Assembly: GCA_049363815.1 (NCBI GenBank)
Contig: JBMQEM010000023.1
Span: 17,281 to 81,280 of the forward strand
DNA length: 64,000 nt
Direction: 5' to 3'
Source: Bacteroidota bacterium
GTDB taxonomy: Bacteria > Bacteroidota > Bacteroidia > AKYH767-A > 2013-40CM-41-45
Part shown: piece by piece, positions 27,415 through 36,925 of the stretch
Layout: every line of letters begins with the position of its first letter
Numbering within the stretch: the stretch's first letter is position 1
Notes under the pieces: generated by a model
Database searches by the model: none
What the model was told of the DNA's origin: nothing
What the model saw: the letters and a program-made list of their open reading frames with translations, nothing else
Program-made: the position numbers and the translations under genes

Positions 27415-29562
27415 TCAATCAATTTTCTCAAACCTTTTCGTGCAACTTCCCTTTACACTTTCAATTTTTACAAAATAAATCCCTGCTTTCAGATCACGCA
27501 CAGAAACTACAGAATGCTTTCCATTCAATTTAATATCTTTCACTTTTCTGCCAAGGAGATCCGTAACAGTCACCTTCGGATCTGAAATATCTTCATTTAA
27601 AAGCAATGAAAATTCCGTGCTCGTGGGATTAGGATACAAATGAACAGTCATATTCTCTTCTATTTCCGAAGTTGAAACAAAACCGCAATTGGTCAGGGTA
27701 TTGAAGGCATCTGCTTTTCCATAACCCCAGGCGTTGTTAGGAAGAGGCCCCCAGGTAAAAGAGTCATGTGCTGCACAATTCATAATTGCACTTTTAAAAT
27801 CAGACCATGTAGCAGTTGGATTTTGTTGTAAAAATAATGCTCCTATTCCTGCAACAACAGGTGCAGAAGCTGATGTACCACCACCTGTCTGGTGCAATCC
27901 ACCGGGTGCGACTTTATATGGTTGCGCTCCTATCAATCCAGGCATTAATGTCATCACTCCTGTCGATACTATGTGATGACCGGGTGCGGCGATTTCAGGT
28001 TTGATCCGGTTATCACGAGTAGGCCCTCTGCTACTGTTTTCAGCAAGGTCTCTCGGACGATCGGAAGGTGTGATCTGAACAGTATTATTGTAATCCAGAT
28101 GTCTGTCAGTATTATAATAATTTCCAACAGTGATCACATTATCCAGACAGGCCATACCACTTACAATTGATTGATTCGTATCAGGCGCCCAGTAATGTGT
28201 GATGTCAGGAAATGTTCCGACACTAGGAATATTCTGCCATTCATAATCAAATGACCAGCTATCGTACCTTCCATTACCTGTTGTGGTGAAACGCCAGTTG
28301 TAAGCATTTGAATCCGGAAGAACATAAATTTCCAGTTCATATACACCATCATTTACGGATGTATACATCTGAACTATTCCGATCCGCTTTGTATTTACAA
28401 TAAGGTTCCGGGTATAAAATGTATTTATAGTTGGTGTGATATTAATAAATGGCAGATCACCTCTGTGTTCATAATATGGCGAGATCTTATCTGCTCCAAC
28501 TGAAAATCTGATCTGATTGAATTGGGCAGTATCTGCATAGATCTGAATGTATGCACCCGGAATACCGGCATTGTACCTGAACCAGGTAAAAACTGTATCT
28601 CCTGCAACCGAATTTCTTCCGAGATGAAAAGGATAAACTATTCCAACATTGCCTGCTGCTGCAACCAGAATTCTTCCACTTTGTGCGTCGATAAGATTGC
28701 TGATGTATTGTGCTTCAAGATCCTGACCGTCGTGTGAACCATCATAAGATCCAAGTGAAGCATTTATAACGCATGGTTTTCCTAATTGCTGTGCCTTATC
28801 GAAAATGTATTCAACAGCATGAGCAAGTCGGGGTACATTATCATTCGCAGCAAAATCATAACAAACAATGATCAGATCTGATTTTGGTGCAACACCCTGA
28901 AAATGGCCGACAGCACTTCCATTTCCTGCAGCAATTCCGGTAACATAAGTTCCATGTCCGAACTGATCTTCCCCTGTATGTGAAACAGCAAGTCCACCCA
29001 TGATGTCGGCATCATTCCACTCCTGACCATAAGCATAAGGCTGCGGAGTATTTGGCGCATTGGGTTTTGTCATGTCCCACAGATATTTGATCCGGGTATA
29101 GCCTGTGCTGTCTTTGAAATCAAGATGGTTGATGTCAATTCCGGAATCAATAATACCCATGATCACACCTGTTCCATCATAGGATTGTGGCAAAGGAGTT
29201 TGTCCGGTGTGCACTTCGTCAACACGCGATAACATTCTCATGGTATCATTAAGTACCTGTACACGTCTTAAATTTCCCTGTATGATCTTTACAAATGGTT
29301 TATCGATCAATTCGGCAATTGTATTCAATGACAGACGGGCTGAAATGATCTTTCCTGAGGTTCCGATTATCTTTCCGTTTCTGGCAGAAATAAAATCCGA
29401 GATCTCATTTACATCACCTTTGATCAGGACATCAGTTACAGTTGCTTTCGATAGCTGATTTGAATTCAGTTTCTGACGCAACGACATATTCACAGATGTC
29501 TGTGCAACCGACATGGAAGCAAATAAAACTAAAATGACAGAGAAGAAATAGTTCTTATTCAT
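27415..29562 (-). CDS. S8 family (subtilisin-like) serine peptidase with T9SS C-terminal domain
   Basis: Catalytic triad blocks GIIDSGID, HGTYVTGIAAG, GGGTSASAPVVAG. CTD VHLYPNPTSTEFSLL. The ATG at 29562 gives the signal peptide MNKNYFFSVILVLFASMSVAQ. Confidence 0.9.
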   Translation of the reverse strand: MNKNYFFSVILVLFASMSVAQTSVNMSLRQKLNSNQLSKATVTDVLIKGDVNEISDFISARNGKIIGTSGKIISARLSLNTIAELIDKPFVKIIQGNLRRVQVLNDTMRMLSRVDEVHTGQTPLPQSYDGTGVIMGIIDSGIDINHLDFKDSTGYTRIKYLWDMTKPNAPNTPQPYAYGQEWNDADIMGGLAVSHTGEDQFGHGTYVTGIAAGNGSAVGHFQGVAPKSDLIIVCYDFAANDNVPRLAHAVEYIFDKAQQLGKPCVINASLGSYDGSHDGQDLEAQYISNLIDAQSGRILVAAAGNVGIVYPFHLGRNSVAGDTVFTWFRYNAGIPGAYIQIYADTAQFNQIRFSVGADKISPYYEHRGDLPFINITPTINTFYTRNLIVNTKRIGIVQMYTSVNDGVYELEIYVLPDSNAYNWRFTTTGNGRYDSWSFDYEWQNIPSVGTFPDITHYWAPDTNQSIVSGMACLDNVITVGNYYNTDRHLDYNNTVQITPSDRPRDLAENSSRGPTRDNRIKPEIAAPGHHIVSTGVMTLMPGLIGAQPYKVAPGGLHQTGGGTSASAPVVAGIGALFLQQNPTATWSDFKSAIMNCAAHDSFTWGPLPNNAWGYGKADAFNTLTNCGFVSTSEIEENMTVHLYPNPTSTEFSLLLNEDISDPKVTVTDLLGRKVKDIKLNGKHSVVSVRDLKAGIYFVKIESVKGSCTKRFEKID

Positions 29563-29826
29563 TAAATCGAATTTAAAGCCGGGATTGAATAGTGTAAACC
29601 CAGGAAAAGGAATTGTATTCCTTTTAGTTAGATATAGCAACCAAAGATGCCACTCCTTCCTTTTCTATTCACAAAAGTGCTGAAAAATTATAAAAAAAGT
29701 GTTGTGAATAAGTAATTTAACGGGTTCTTTCTGACTTTGACCTCATAATTAGGTGAATTGGTATGCTATTTTTATTGCAGCTGTAGATAAATTCAAAGGA
29801 TGGGTTTAATCATATCTGAATTTTCT

Positions 29827-29834
29827 TATATTTG
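29827..29834 (+). promoter_or_regulatory. -7 box candidate TATATTTG
   Basis: Exact TAnnTTTG match upstream of the 29928 ORF. No clear -33 element. Confidence 0.35.
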
Positions 29835-29927
29835 GATAACAGAAACGGAGTATCAAGATCGGTTTTTGTTCTCCCGCTAATCTTTCCTATCCACCCCACC
29901 TCTGGATTTGTCAAAACTGCCTGCAAA

Positions 29928-30230
29928 ATGCAAAGCTCAGTGTTTCAATATCCATATGAAAAAGTTCTCCGAAGGACTCACGGTGTTTTATCCAAACTCG
30001 GATTGAAAGTAACAGATTTTGACAAAAAGAAAGGCAGTATAAAAGCCCGTTCTAATTTTTCTTTTACCAGACCTACAGTGAAAATCGATCTGCTCATTGA
30101 AGAAATGGAGAATCACAATACCAAGGTTTCTGTAACCGGACTACAGATCAAACGTCACTTTTTTCAACGTAAGTATGATGCTCAGGTCAGAGAGTCGGAG
30201 ATTCTGGATGCTATTACGACGGTAATATAA
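29928..30230 (+). CDS. Hypothetical small protein (about 100 aa)
   Basis: ORF with an internal ATG at 29928. The track's TTG start at 29832 would overlap a TATATTTG -7 box at 29827-29834. Confidence 0.45.
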   Translation: MQSSVFQYPYEKVLRRTHGVLSKLGLKVTDFDKKKGSIKARSNFSFTRPTVKIDLLIEEMENHNTKVSVTGLQIKRHFFQRKYDAQVRESEILDAITTVI

Positions 30231-30372
30231 TAAGTAGTGAGTTATAAGTTGTGCGTTGTACAGCAGAAGTAAGTCCAATTCATTTCACTAAGGAATGTAG
30301 ACAGAAGTAGCAAAACTTCAGTATTGCCATCCGCCACTTACCAATTTCTACTTACTAAAAAATAACTACTTT
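30231..30372. repeat. AAGTAG / CTACTT word inverted repeat
   Basis: AAGT-containing words at 30232, 30246, 30267, 30271 and 30305. Complementary ACTT words at 30336, 30350 and 30368. Confidence 0.6.
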
Positions 30373-30381
30373 CGCCTTCAA

Positions 30382-31587
30382 ATGAACACCCGACGACAAC
30401 AATTTCTCCGGCACGTTGCTCAAACAAGTCAGGCACCACCTGCATTAGATATTGAAAGTGCAAAAGGAGTTTATCTTTTCGATCAGAATGGAAAAAAATA
30501 TCTGGACCTGATCTCCGGAATCTCGGTTTCAAGTCTTGGGCATGGACATCCGGAAATTCTGGCTGCTGCAAAAGATCAGATCGACAAACATATGCACCTG
30601 ATGGTTTATGGAGAATTCATTATTTCACCACAGGTCAGTCTGGCAAAACGATTAAGTGAATTGCTTCCTGAAAATTTATCTTCTGTATATTTTACCAACA
30701 GCGGTACTGAAGCTGTTGAAGGTGCTATGAAACTAGCCAAGCGTTTTACAGGAAGAACAAATTTTGTTTCATTCAAAAACTCCTATCATGGAAGCACACA
30801 GGGGGCTTTGAGTCTGAGTGGAAATGAATGGTTGAAAAATGCTTATCGTCCGCTATTAAATGGAATTTCAATTTTAGATTTCAACGATATTTCTCAATTC
30901 AATCTGATCGATCGTAACACAGCGGCAGTTTTCGTTGAACCTATTCAGGCAGAAGCCGGCATCCGGCTTCCTGAAAATGATTTCCTCAAAAAACTTTCCG
31001 ACCATTGTAAAAAAGTCGGTGCATTATTGATATTTGACGAGATCCAGACCGGAATGGGAAGAACCGGAAAATTATTTTCGTTCCAACATTTTAATGTAGT
31101 TCCTGACGTGCTGCTTTTAGGAAAAGCACTCGGCGGTGGAATGCCGGTTGGTGCATTTATTTCTTCGAATGAGATCATGCAGACCTTGTCATTTGAACCG
31201 GTCCTTGGTCATCTAACCACTTTCGGTGGACATCCAGTTTGCTGTGCTACTGCAAGTGCAGCCCTGGAGATTGTGGTTCGCGAAAAACTGGCGGAAAATG
31301 TCATAGAAAAGGAAAAATTGTTCAGAAAACTACTTGTTCATGAAAACATCAGAATAATTAGAGGAAAAGGTTTGTTACTTTGCATTCAATTTGAAAGTGA
31401 AAAATTCAATCAGGAAGTGATCGCGAAATGTTATGAAAACGGACTGATCACCGACTGGTTTTTATTTGCAGCAGATTGTCTCAGGATTGCTCCACCACTG
31501 ATCATCAATGAAGATGAAATAAGAGAATGCTGCAGCATAATTATCAGATCAATTGAAGAAGTAAAGAATCAAATAACAGTCAAGTAA
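30382..31587 (+). CDS. Class III (aspartate aminotransferase fold type I) aminotransferase, acetylornithine/GABA-AT-like
   Basis: FDEIQTGMGRTGKLF and the PLP-lysine region LLGKALGGG. Confidence 0.85.
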   Translation: MNTRRQQFLRHVAQTSQAPPALDIESAKGVYLFDQNGKKYLDLISGISVSSLGHGHPEILAAAKDQIDKHMHLMVYGEFIISPQVSLAKRLSELLPENLSSVYFTNSGTEAVEGAMKLAKRFTGRTNFVSFKNSYHGSTQGALSLSGNEWLKNAYRPLLNGISILDFNDISQFNLIDRNTAAVFVEPIQAEAGIRLPENDFLKKLSDHCKKVGALLIFDEIQTGMGRTGKLFSFQHFNVVPDVLLLGKALGGGMPVGAFISSNEIMQTLSFEPVLGHLTTFGGHPVCCATASAALEIVVREKLAENVIEKEKLFRKLLVHENIRIIRGKGLLLCIQFESEKFNQEVIAKCYENGLITDWFLFAADCLRIAPPLIINEDEIRECCSIIIRSIEEVKNQITVK

Positions 31588-31599
31588 TAAGACAAAAAT

Positions 31600-32277
31600 A
31601 TGAATGTACTCATTGTAGAAGATGAAAGACAATTGTCGCATGAAATTGAGATCTTTCTGACCAAGCAAGGTTATCATTGCGATGTTGCTTTCAATGGTAA
31701 AAGCGCATCAGAGAAGATCTTTGTGAACTCATACGATTTTGTTTTGCTTGATATTGGCCTGCCTGAACACAATGGATTTCAATTGCTGAAAGAAGCAAAA
31801 GAAGCCGGAAAGGACGGGGCTTTTATAATACTGACTGCAAGGGGTTCGATTGATGACAGGATCACCGGACTTGATCTGGGTGCTGATGACTATCTTGCAA
31901 AACCATTTTCGCTACTGGAATTACAGGCCAGGATGCAGGCTATCCTGAGAAGAAAACATGGACTGAAAAACAATATGATCCAGATCCATGAATATTCAAT
32001 GGACATCCAGAACAGAACTGTTTACTTTGAAAAGAATGCCATCAGTCTGACGAAAAAAGAATTTGACATTCTCCATTACATGGCGCTTCATAAGAACCGC
32101 GTGATCACACGAATGCAGCTTACAGAACATATCTGGGGCGATGTGCTGGAAGAAGATTATGAATCCAATTATATCGATGTCCATATGAAAAATTTAAGAA
32201 AGAAATTGTCTGCATATGGTAATTCCGATTTTATTGAAACAGTGCGTGGAATCGGTTACAGGTTGAATATGGCATAA
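31600..32277 (+). CDS. OmpR-family response regulator
   Basis: Receiver domain (VLLDIGLPEHNG, KPF) plus winged-helix output (TVRGIGYRL). Confidence 0.92.
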   Translation: MNVLIVEDERQLSHEIEIFLTKQGYHCDVAFNGKSASEKIFVNSYDFVLLDIGLPEHNGFQLLKEAKEAGKDGAFIILTARGSIDDRITGLDLGADDYLAKPFSLLELQARMQAILRRKHGLKNNMIQIHEYSMDIQNRTVYFEKNAISLTKKEFDILHYMALHKNRVITRMQLTEHIWGDVLEEDYESNYIDVHMKNLRKKLSAYGNSDFIETVRGIGYRLNMA

Positions 32278-32280
32278 CTT

Positions 32281-32366
32281 AGTTTAAGGTTGCGGGTGTA
32301 AGGTTACAGGTTAATCTCGTAGTCGACTACAATGCTAACCAGCAACCAAAACTTAAACCTGTTACT
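32281..32366. repeat. Heptad-word imperfect hairpin between the response regulator and kinase genes
   Basis: (TTnnnGG)x4 phased at 32283-32310, central 12-bp palindrome GTAGTCGACTAC (32319-32330), complementary AACC/CTTAAAC words on the right. Confidence 0.8.
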
Positions 32367-32390
32367 CAAAAACCACTACCTACTTAAAAA

Positions 32391-33725
32391 GTGAAGATCC
32401 AAGTAAAACTTTCTTTATACAATGCCATTTCCAAAGTAGTCATTATCCTGGCCATTGGAGCGATCATTCCTATGCTCATTCAGAAAGTGGCCTATAATCA
32501 TCTGGACCGAAGACTTGTGGCGCGTCTTGAAAAGACAATGCGGATGGTTGCTGTTGGGGGTCTGGATGAGATCGCACTTGATCAGGATTGCAGTTTTGAC
32601 AGTTATAATATTTTCAAGGAAGAATTTGTTTCCATCGCACCCATTGCTGTGCTTCCACCCGACTTCGGACGGTATCATATTGAAAATGCTGAAAGGAAAA
32701 TTGATGATGAGATCATCAAGCACAGAGTACTGACACAGGCATTTGTTTACGATAACCAGCTTTATTCAATTGACATTGGTGAAGGGCTTAATGCCTATGA
32801 TCAGCTGAACGTAACAATAAAAAAATTCACGATCTGGATCATGGTTGCTGTGGTTGTGATCTCGATCTTTTTCGACTTACTTTTTGCAAGACTTCTTTTA
32901 CGGCCTTTCAATAAGATCGTAAATGAAAAACTTCGTGATGTACAACATCCTTCGACATTTGACCCACTTCCTGTTAAAACATCAACGACAGAATTTTCTC
33001 ACCTTGACAAAAGCATCAATGAAATGATGGTCAAGATCCGTGAGACATTTGAAACGGAAAGGCAATTCATCATGAATGTTTCGCATGAGATCCTTACTCC
33101 TATTTCAATTCTCAAGAACAGAATTGAAAACATGATCTCTGACCCGGGAATTCCAGATAATGTTGTTGAGAGACTGGTGGATTCTCAGAAGACTTTAAGC
33201 CGGCTGACGAAAGTAGTGCGGAATCTTTTGTATATAAGTAAGATCGAAAATGCCCAGTATGTAAAAAATGAAAGTGCGGATCTGCAAATGATCATCAGGG
33301 AAATTTTCGAAGAACTGGAAGAACTTACCCAGGGTAAAGGAATCACTGTGATCAATGAATGGAAAGATGACTTTGTTTTCTCTCCATGTAATTTATCCCT
33401 TATTCATACTATGTTATTCAACCTTATTACCAATGCAATTAAATACAACTGTGAGGAAGGTAAAATAACAGTTTCCGGAATGTGGGAAGGTGATTATTAT
33501 GTTGTCAAGGTAAGTGATACCGGCGACGGAATTTCAGCTAACCAATTGCCATTCATCTTTGATCGTTTCAAGCGTTTCCGTCCGGAAGACGATATGAGTT
33601 ACGGACTGGGATTACCAATCGTGAAGACCATTGCCGATTTCCACGGGGTGAAGGTCAGCGCAGAATCCAAACTGAATGAGGGCAGTTGCTTTACCTTGCG
33701 TTTTCCGGGAAGCGGTGTTAGCTGA
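32391..33725 (+). CDS. Sensor histidine kinase
   Basis: Two TM helices, H-box NVSHEILTPIS, N-box LITNAIKYN, G1 DTGDGI, G2 GLGLPIV. GTG start. Confidence 0.9.
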   Translation: MKIQVKLSLYNAISKVVIILAIGAIIPMLIQKVAYNHLDRRLVARLEKTMRMVAVGGLDEIALDQDCSFDSYNIFKEEFVSIAPIAVLPPDFGRYHIENAERKIDDEIIKHRVLTQAFVYDNQLYSIDIGEGLNAYDQLNVTIKKFTIWIMVAVVVISIFFDLLFARLLLRPFNKIVNEKLRDVQHPSTFDPLPVKTSTTEFSHLDKSINEMMVKIRETFETERQFIMNVSHEILTPISILKNRIENMISDPGIPDNVVERLVDSQKTLSRLTKVVRNLLYISKIENAQYVKNESADLQMIIREIFEELEELTQGKGITVINEWKDDFVFSPCNLSLIHTMLFNLITNAIKYNCEEGKITVSGMWEGDYYVVKVSDTGDGISANQLPFIFDRFKRFRPEDDMSYGLGLPIVKTIADFHGVKVSAESKLNEGSCFTLRFPGSGVS

Positions 33726-33963
33726 GGCGTGAGAACCTGGCAGGACTTAGAAAATGGCTGAACAAATCTGAATGGAATTTCTTTTGGCTGATAAAAGATC
33801 AAATAATGCATAATGGTACAAATTCAACGAAATCTTTAATTCAGGTAATAATTGACTTTTGCCTTATGAATATTGAATTATTTCGAAGCCCTTACATCAT
33901 ATCTAACCAATTAATCAAGACCAGATTGTTCAAAAAACCCCTTATTTAATCCTCCAATAATTA

Positions 33964-33993
33964 TTTGTAAGTAAAAAGATTCTTATATATTTG
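33964..33993 (+). promoter_or_regulatory. Bacteroidota-type promoter candidate for the PhyH-family gene
   Basis: -33 TTTG (33964-33967) and -7 TATATTTG (33986-33993), 18-nt spacer. Implies a leader of about 95 nt. Confidence 0.45.
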
Positions 33994-34092
33994 TGCACCA
34001 AGCAAAAAATTGACAAAAACAGCCAAAGTTTATAGTGGGAATGCCTAACGAATTGACTATCAGGCAGGTAATTCTTGTATAAAAAACTGAAA

Positions 34093-34902
34093 ATGAGTAA
34101 CACCCAATATCCTAAATTTACCCTCGGCAATAAACTGACTGAGGAGCAAATTTCGTTTTTCGATAAAAACGGATTTATCCATTTTAGCGGCGCAGCTACA
34201 CCTGAAGAGGTGAAAAGCATTATCGCTTCAACTGAGGACCTTCAAAAGAAGTGGATCTCAAGTGGGATCAAGAAAATCAACGGCGTACCTATCAAATTTG
34301 GTCACGACGAGAACGGTACTCCTATCGTTCACCGCTTTCCATTCACAAGTCAGTACAGCGAAACTGTCCATGGCTTTGTTACCAGCGAAAGAATCCAAAG
34401 TCTGAAAGTATTGATGCCTAAAGGTTCTAGAATTGCTGAAAATGAAAAAGACGGTGTGATCGTAAATCATTACGTGAATACTTCAAACAGTAACTTCCGT
34501 CAGATGGGCTGGCATACCGACAGTATGCGCGATATCTTCTACGGAAAGAAAGTTATGCCCATGCTGAATGTTGGACTTTATCTTGATGATTCATCATCTG
34601 ATAAAGGCGGACTGCGGATCATTCCTGGAACACATAAGCAGAATATGTTCTCTATGTTATTCAAGAAAGCATATTTCATGAATAACGATGAAGACAAAAA
34701 TGAAATGCTTGTGGATGCTAAAGCAGGAGATGTTGTTGTTCATGATGGCCGTATCTGGCATCGTGTGGCTATGTCGCCGCTTACCGGAGCAGCAAGTCGT
34801 CGTCGTGTAATGTATATTCCTGTGATCATCGGAAAATACATGCCGAAATCAGATGAGAGTGCTACTCCATTCTATCACCATTTCCAGAAACTTGTAAAGT
34901 AA
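34093..34902 (+). CDS. Phytanoyl-CoA dioxygenase (PhyH) family Fe(II)/2-oxoglutarate oxygenase
   Basis: WHTDS ... HDGRIWHRV fits a 2-His-1-carboxylate pattern. The ATG at 34093 is preferred over the TTG at 34075. Confidence 0.72.
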   Translation: MSNTQYPKFTLGNKLTEEQISFFDKNGFIHFSGAATPEEVKSIIASTEDLQKKWISSGIKKINGVPIKFGHDENGTPIVHRFPFTSQYSETVHGFVTSERIQSLKVLMPKGSRIAENEKDGVIVNHYVNTSNSNFRQMGWHTDSMRDIFYGKKVMPMLNVGLYLDDSSSDKGGLRIIPGTHKQNMFSMLFKKAYFMNNDEDKNEMLVDAKAGDVVVHDGRIWHRVAMSPLTGAASRRRVMYIPVIIGKYMPKSDESATPFYHHFQKLVK

Positions 34903-34928
34903 TTAGTTTACTAAAATCATATTTAAAT

Positions 34929-34957
34929 GGAATCAGACCTCTGATTCCATTTTTTAT
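34929..34957 (+). terminator. Rho-independent terminator after the PhyH-family gene
   Basis: GGAATCAGA cc TCTGATTCC stem followed by ATTTTTTATTT. Confidence 0.8.
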
Positions 34958-34973
34958 TTAATCCCATTACCAA

Positions 34974-35759
34974 ATGAACTACGCTTTGATCACCGGTGCC
35001 AGTAAAGGCATTGGAAAAGAAATGGCACTTGAACTTGCCTCCCGTAAATGCAATCTTGTGCTTGTTGCCAGATCTGAAAATGAATTGAGCAAATTATCGG
35101 AAGCGATTAAATCAATGCATGGTGTCGAATGTAATTACGTTCTGGCCGACCTTACTGATCAAAAAGGAGTGGACAAGGTCGTTCAATTTATAGAAGAGAA
35201 AAAACTCCCTGTCAATATCCTTATCAACAATGCCGGCTATGGACTTTGGGGAAGTTTAGAGAAGACTGCTTTAACTGCAACAAAAGATATGATGCAGATC
35301 AACATGATGACACCAGTCGAAATGACTTATCGGATGATCCCAATTTTGAAACGCTCCGGACAACAAGCTTACATCATGAATGTAGCCAGTACTGCTGCCT
35401 ATCAATCTGTACCAAATTTATCAGTTTATGCAGCATCGAAAGGCTTTATGGTACTTTTTACACGCGGACTACGATTAGAATTAAAGAAAGAAAATATTTC
35501 TGTCACTTGTTTGAGTCCGGGTACCACCGAAACCAATTTCATGAATGCTGCCGGCATGACTGCTTCTCCTTCTATTATTAAAAAAGCATCAAAGGTCATT
35601 ATGAAAGCTGATGTTGTAGCGAAGTTTGCAATCGATGGAATGTTTGCGAAAAAAAATGAGATCATTCCGGGATGGCTTAATAAAGTTTCTGTGGCACTAA
35701 CTTATTTTGTTCCGAAAAGTTTGACAGAGAAAATTGCTGCCGATATCTATAAAGATTAA
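34974..35759 (+). CDS. SDR family oxidoreductase
   Basis: ITGASKGIG cofactor motif, NNAG, catalytic YAASK. Confidence 0.9.
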   Translation: MNYALITGASKGIGKEMALELASRKCNLVLVARSENELSKLSEAIKSMHGVECNYVLADLTDQKGVDKVVQFIEEKKLPVNILINNAGYGLWGSLEKTALTATKDMMQINMMTPVEMTYRMIPILKRSGQQAYIMNVASTAAYQSVPNLSVYAASKGFMVLFTRGLRLELKKENISVTCLSPGTTETNFMNAAGMTASPSIIKKASKVIMKADVVAKFAIDGMFAKKNEIIPGWLNKVSVALTYFVPKSLTEKIAADIYKD

Positions 35760-35760
35760 A

Positions 35761-35806
35761 AACCTTTTGCACGGCCCTTAAGGGCCGTGCAAAAAGGTTT
35801 TTTTAA
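35761..35806 (+). terminator. Rho-independent terminator after the SDR gene
   Basis: AACCTTTTGCACGGCCC ttaa GGGCCGTGCAAAAAGGTT (17-bp stem, one bulge) followed by TTTTTT. Confidence 0.9.
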
Positions 35807-35858
35807 TATCCTGCTTTTATTGGTTGTGTAGTCTTTTCTGACATAACATCTTTGTCAG

Positions 35859-36776
35859 ATGAAATTATTTTTTTTCATTCTGATATTACTTTCTTCACAG
35901 AAAAATTCTAATGCCTGGGGCTTCTACGGTCACCGTGCTGTCAATAAATTTGCCTGCTTTGCCTTACCTCCTGAAATGTTCGGATTCTATAAATCGAACA
36001 TTGACTATCTCATCAATCATTCTGTTGACCCTGACAAACGCCGACATTCTGATCCGGATGAAGCACCGCGGCATTTTATTGATGCAGATCATTATGGAGA
36101 AAATCCCTTTGATACACTTCCAATTTACTGGAAAGAAGCTGTAGAAAAATTTACGGAAGATACTTTGCAAGCCTATGGAATTGGTCCATGGTACATTAAC
36201 AAGATGTTTTACCGGCTTGTAGAAGCATTCAGAAAAAATGATCCGGATGCCATACTCTACTATTCTGCTAACATCGGACATTACATTGCTGATTCGCATG
36301 TTCCACTCCATTGCACTGAAAACTACAATGGGCAACTGACCAACCAGCATGGCATTCATGGGCTCTGGGAATCGCGGTTGCCGGAATTGTTTGCTACCAA
36401 TTACGATTACTTTACAGGAAGATGTCAGCACATCGATAAGATCCAGCCATTCATCTGGTCGGCGGTACATGACAGTTACGCTGCTTTGGATTCTGTGCTT
36501 ACATTCGAAAAAATTCTCTCAGAAAATACGGATAGTGATAAAAAATATTCTTACGAACAGAGAAACAGCACTACAATACAGGTTTACAGTTATGATTTCT
36601 CAGAACAGTTTCATCAGATGCTCAATGGACAAGTTGAACGACGACTTCAGGCTTCCATTATTGATGTAGCATCAGTATGGTATACGGCTTGGGTTGAGGC
36701 GGGAATGCCGGTTCTTAATTCAGATAGAGTTGTTGAAGATGAAAAGATTCAAGGGGATGAAGGGGATTATCATTGA
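35859..36776 (+). CDS. Zinc-dependent phospholipase C / S1-P1 nuclease superfamily protein, secreted
   Basis: Signal peptide followed by AWGFYGHR. DPDKRRHSDPDEAPRHFIDADHYG matches the recalled Bacteroidota zinc-PLC-family pattern. Confidence 0.65.
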   Translation: MKLFFFILILLSSQKNSNAWGFYGHRAVNKFACFALPPEMFGFYKSNIDYLINHSVDPDKRRHSDPDEAPRHFIDADHYGENPFDTLPIYWKEAVEKFTEDTLQAYGIGPWYINKMFYRLVEAFRKNDPDAILYYSANIGHYIADSHVPLHCTENYNGQLTNQHGIHGLWESRLPELFATNYDYFTGRCQHIDKIQPFIWSAVHDSYAALDSVLTFEKILSENTDSDKKYSYEQRNSTTIQVYSYDFSEQFHQMLNGQVERRLQASIIDVASVWYTAWVEAGMPVLNSDRVVEDEKIQGDEGDYH

Positions 36777-36906
36777 GAATGAAATGAAATGAAGTGGAAT
36801 GAAGTGAAATGAAATGAAGTGAAATGAAGTGAAATGAAGTGAAATGAAGTGAAATGAAGTGAAATGAATTGGAATGGAATGAGGTGGAATGAAGTGGGAT
36901 GAAAAG
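36777..36906. repeat. Tandem array of GAAATGAAGT (5 perfect 10-mers at 36811-36860, degenerate GRAAT/GAAGT pentamers either side)
   Basis: Read directly from the sequence. Fills the convergent gap between the zinc-PLC-like gene and dinB-family gene. Confidence 0.95.
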
Positions 36907-36925
36907 TTTACGACTGATTCTATTC

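Noticed and set aside
29563-29640. N-terminal extensions given by the ORF track; same issue at 40026, 45189, 52490, 56901, 24623, 27254, 18470, 34075, 23304, 44012, 45184 and 29832
   Set aside because: The extensions start at TTG or other upstream codons, overlap neighbouring genes or promoters, and precede an ATG that gives a canonical signal peptide or family N-terminus. I chose the shorter starts.
33806-33949. 47-codon ORF in the kinase/PhyH spacer
   Set aside because: It has no motif, an AT-rich random-looking composition, and lies upstream of the better-supported promoter at 33964-33993.
35964-36470. 168-aa antisense ORF inside the zinc-PLC-like gene; similar nested ORFs at 22138-22521, 17106-17438, 42565-42909 and 42952-43311
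   Set aside because: Each lies entirely within and antisense or out-of-frame to genes with strong family motifs. None shows recognisable motifs. These are typical shadow ORFs.
36777-36906. Tandem array considered as a CRISPR array
   Set aside because: The unit is only 5-10 bp and there are no unique spacers. No cas genes occur anywhere in the window.
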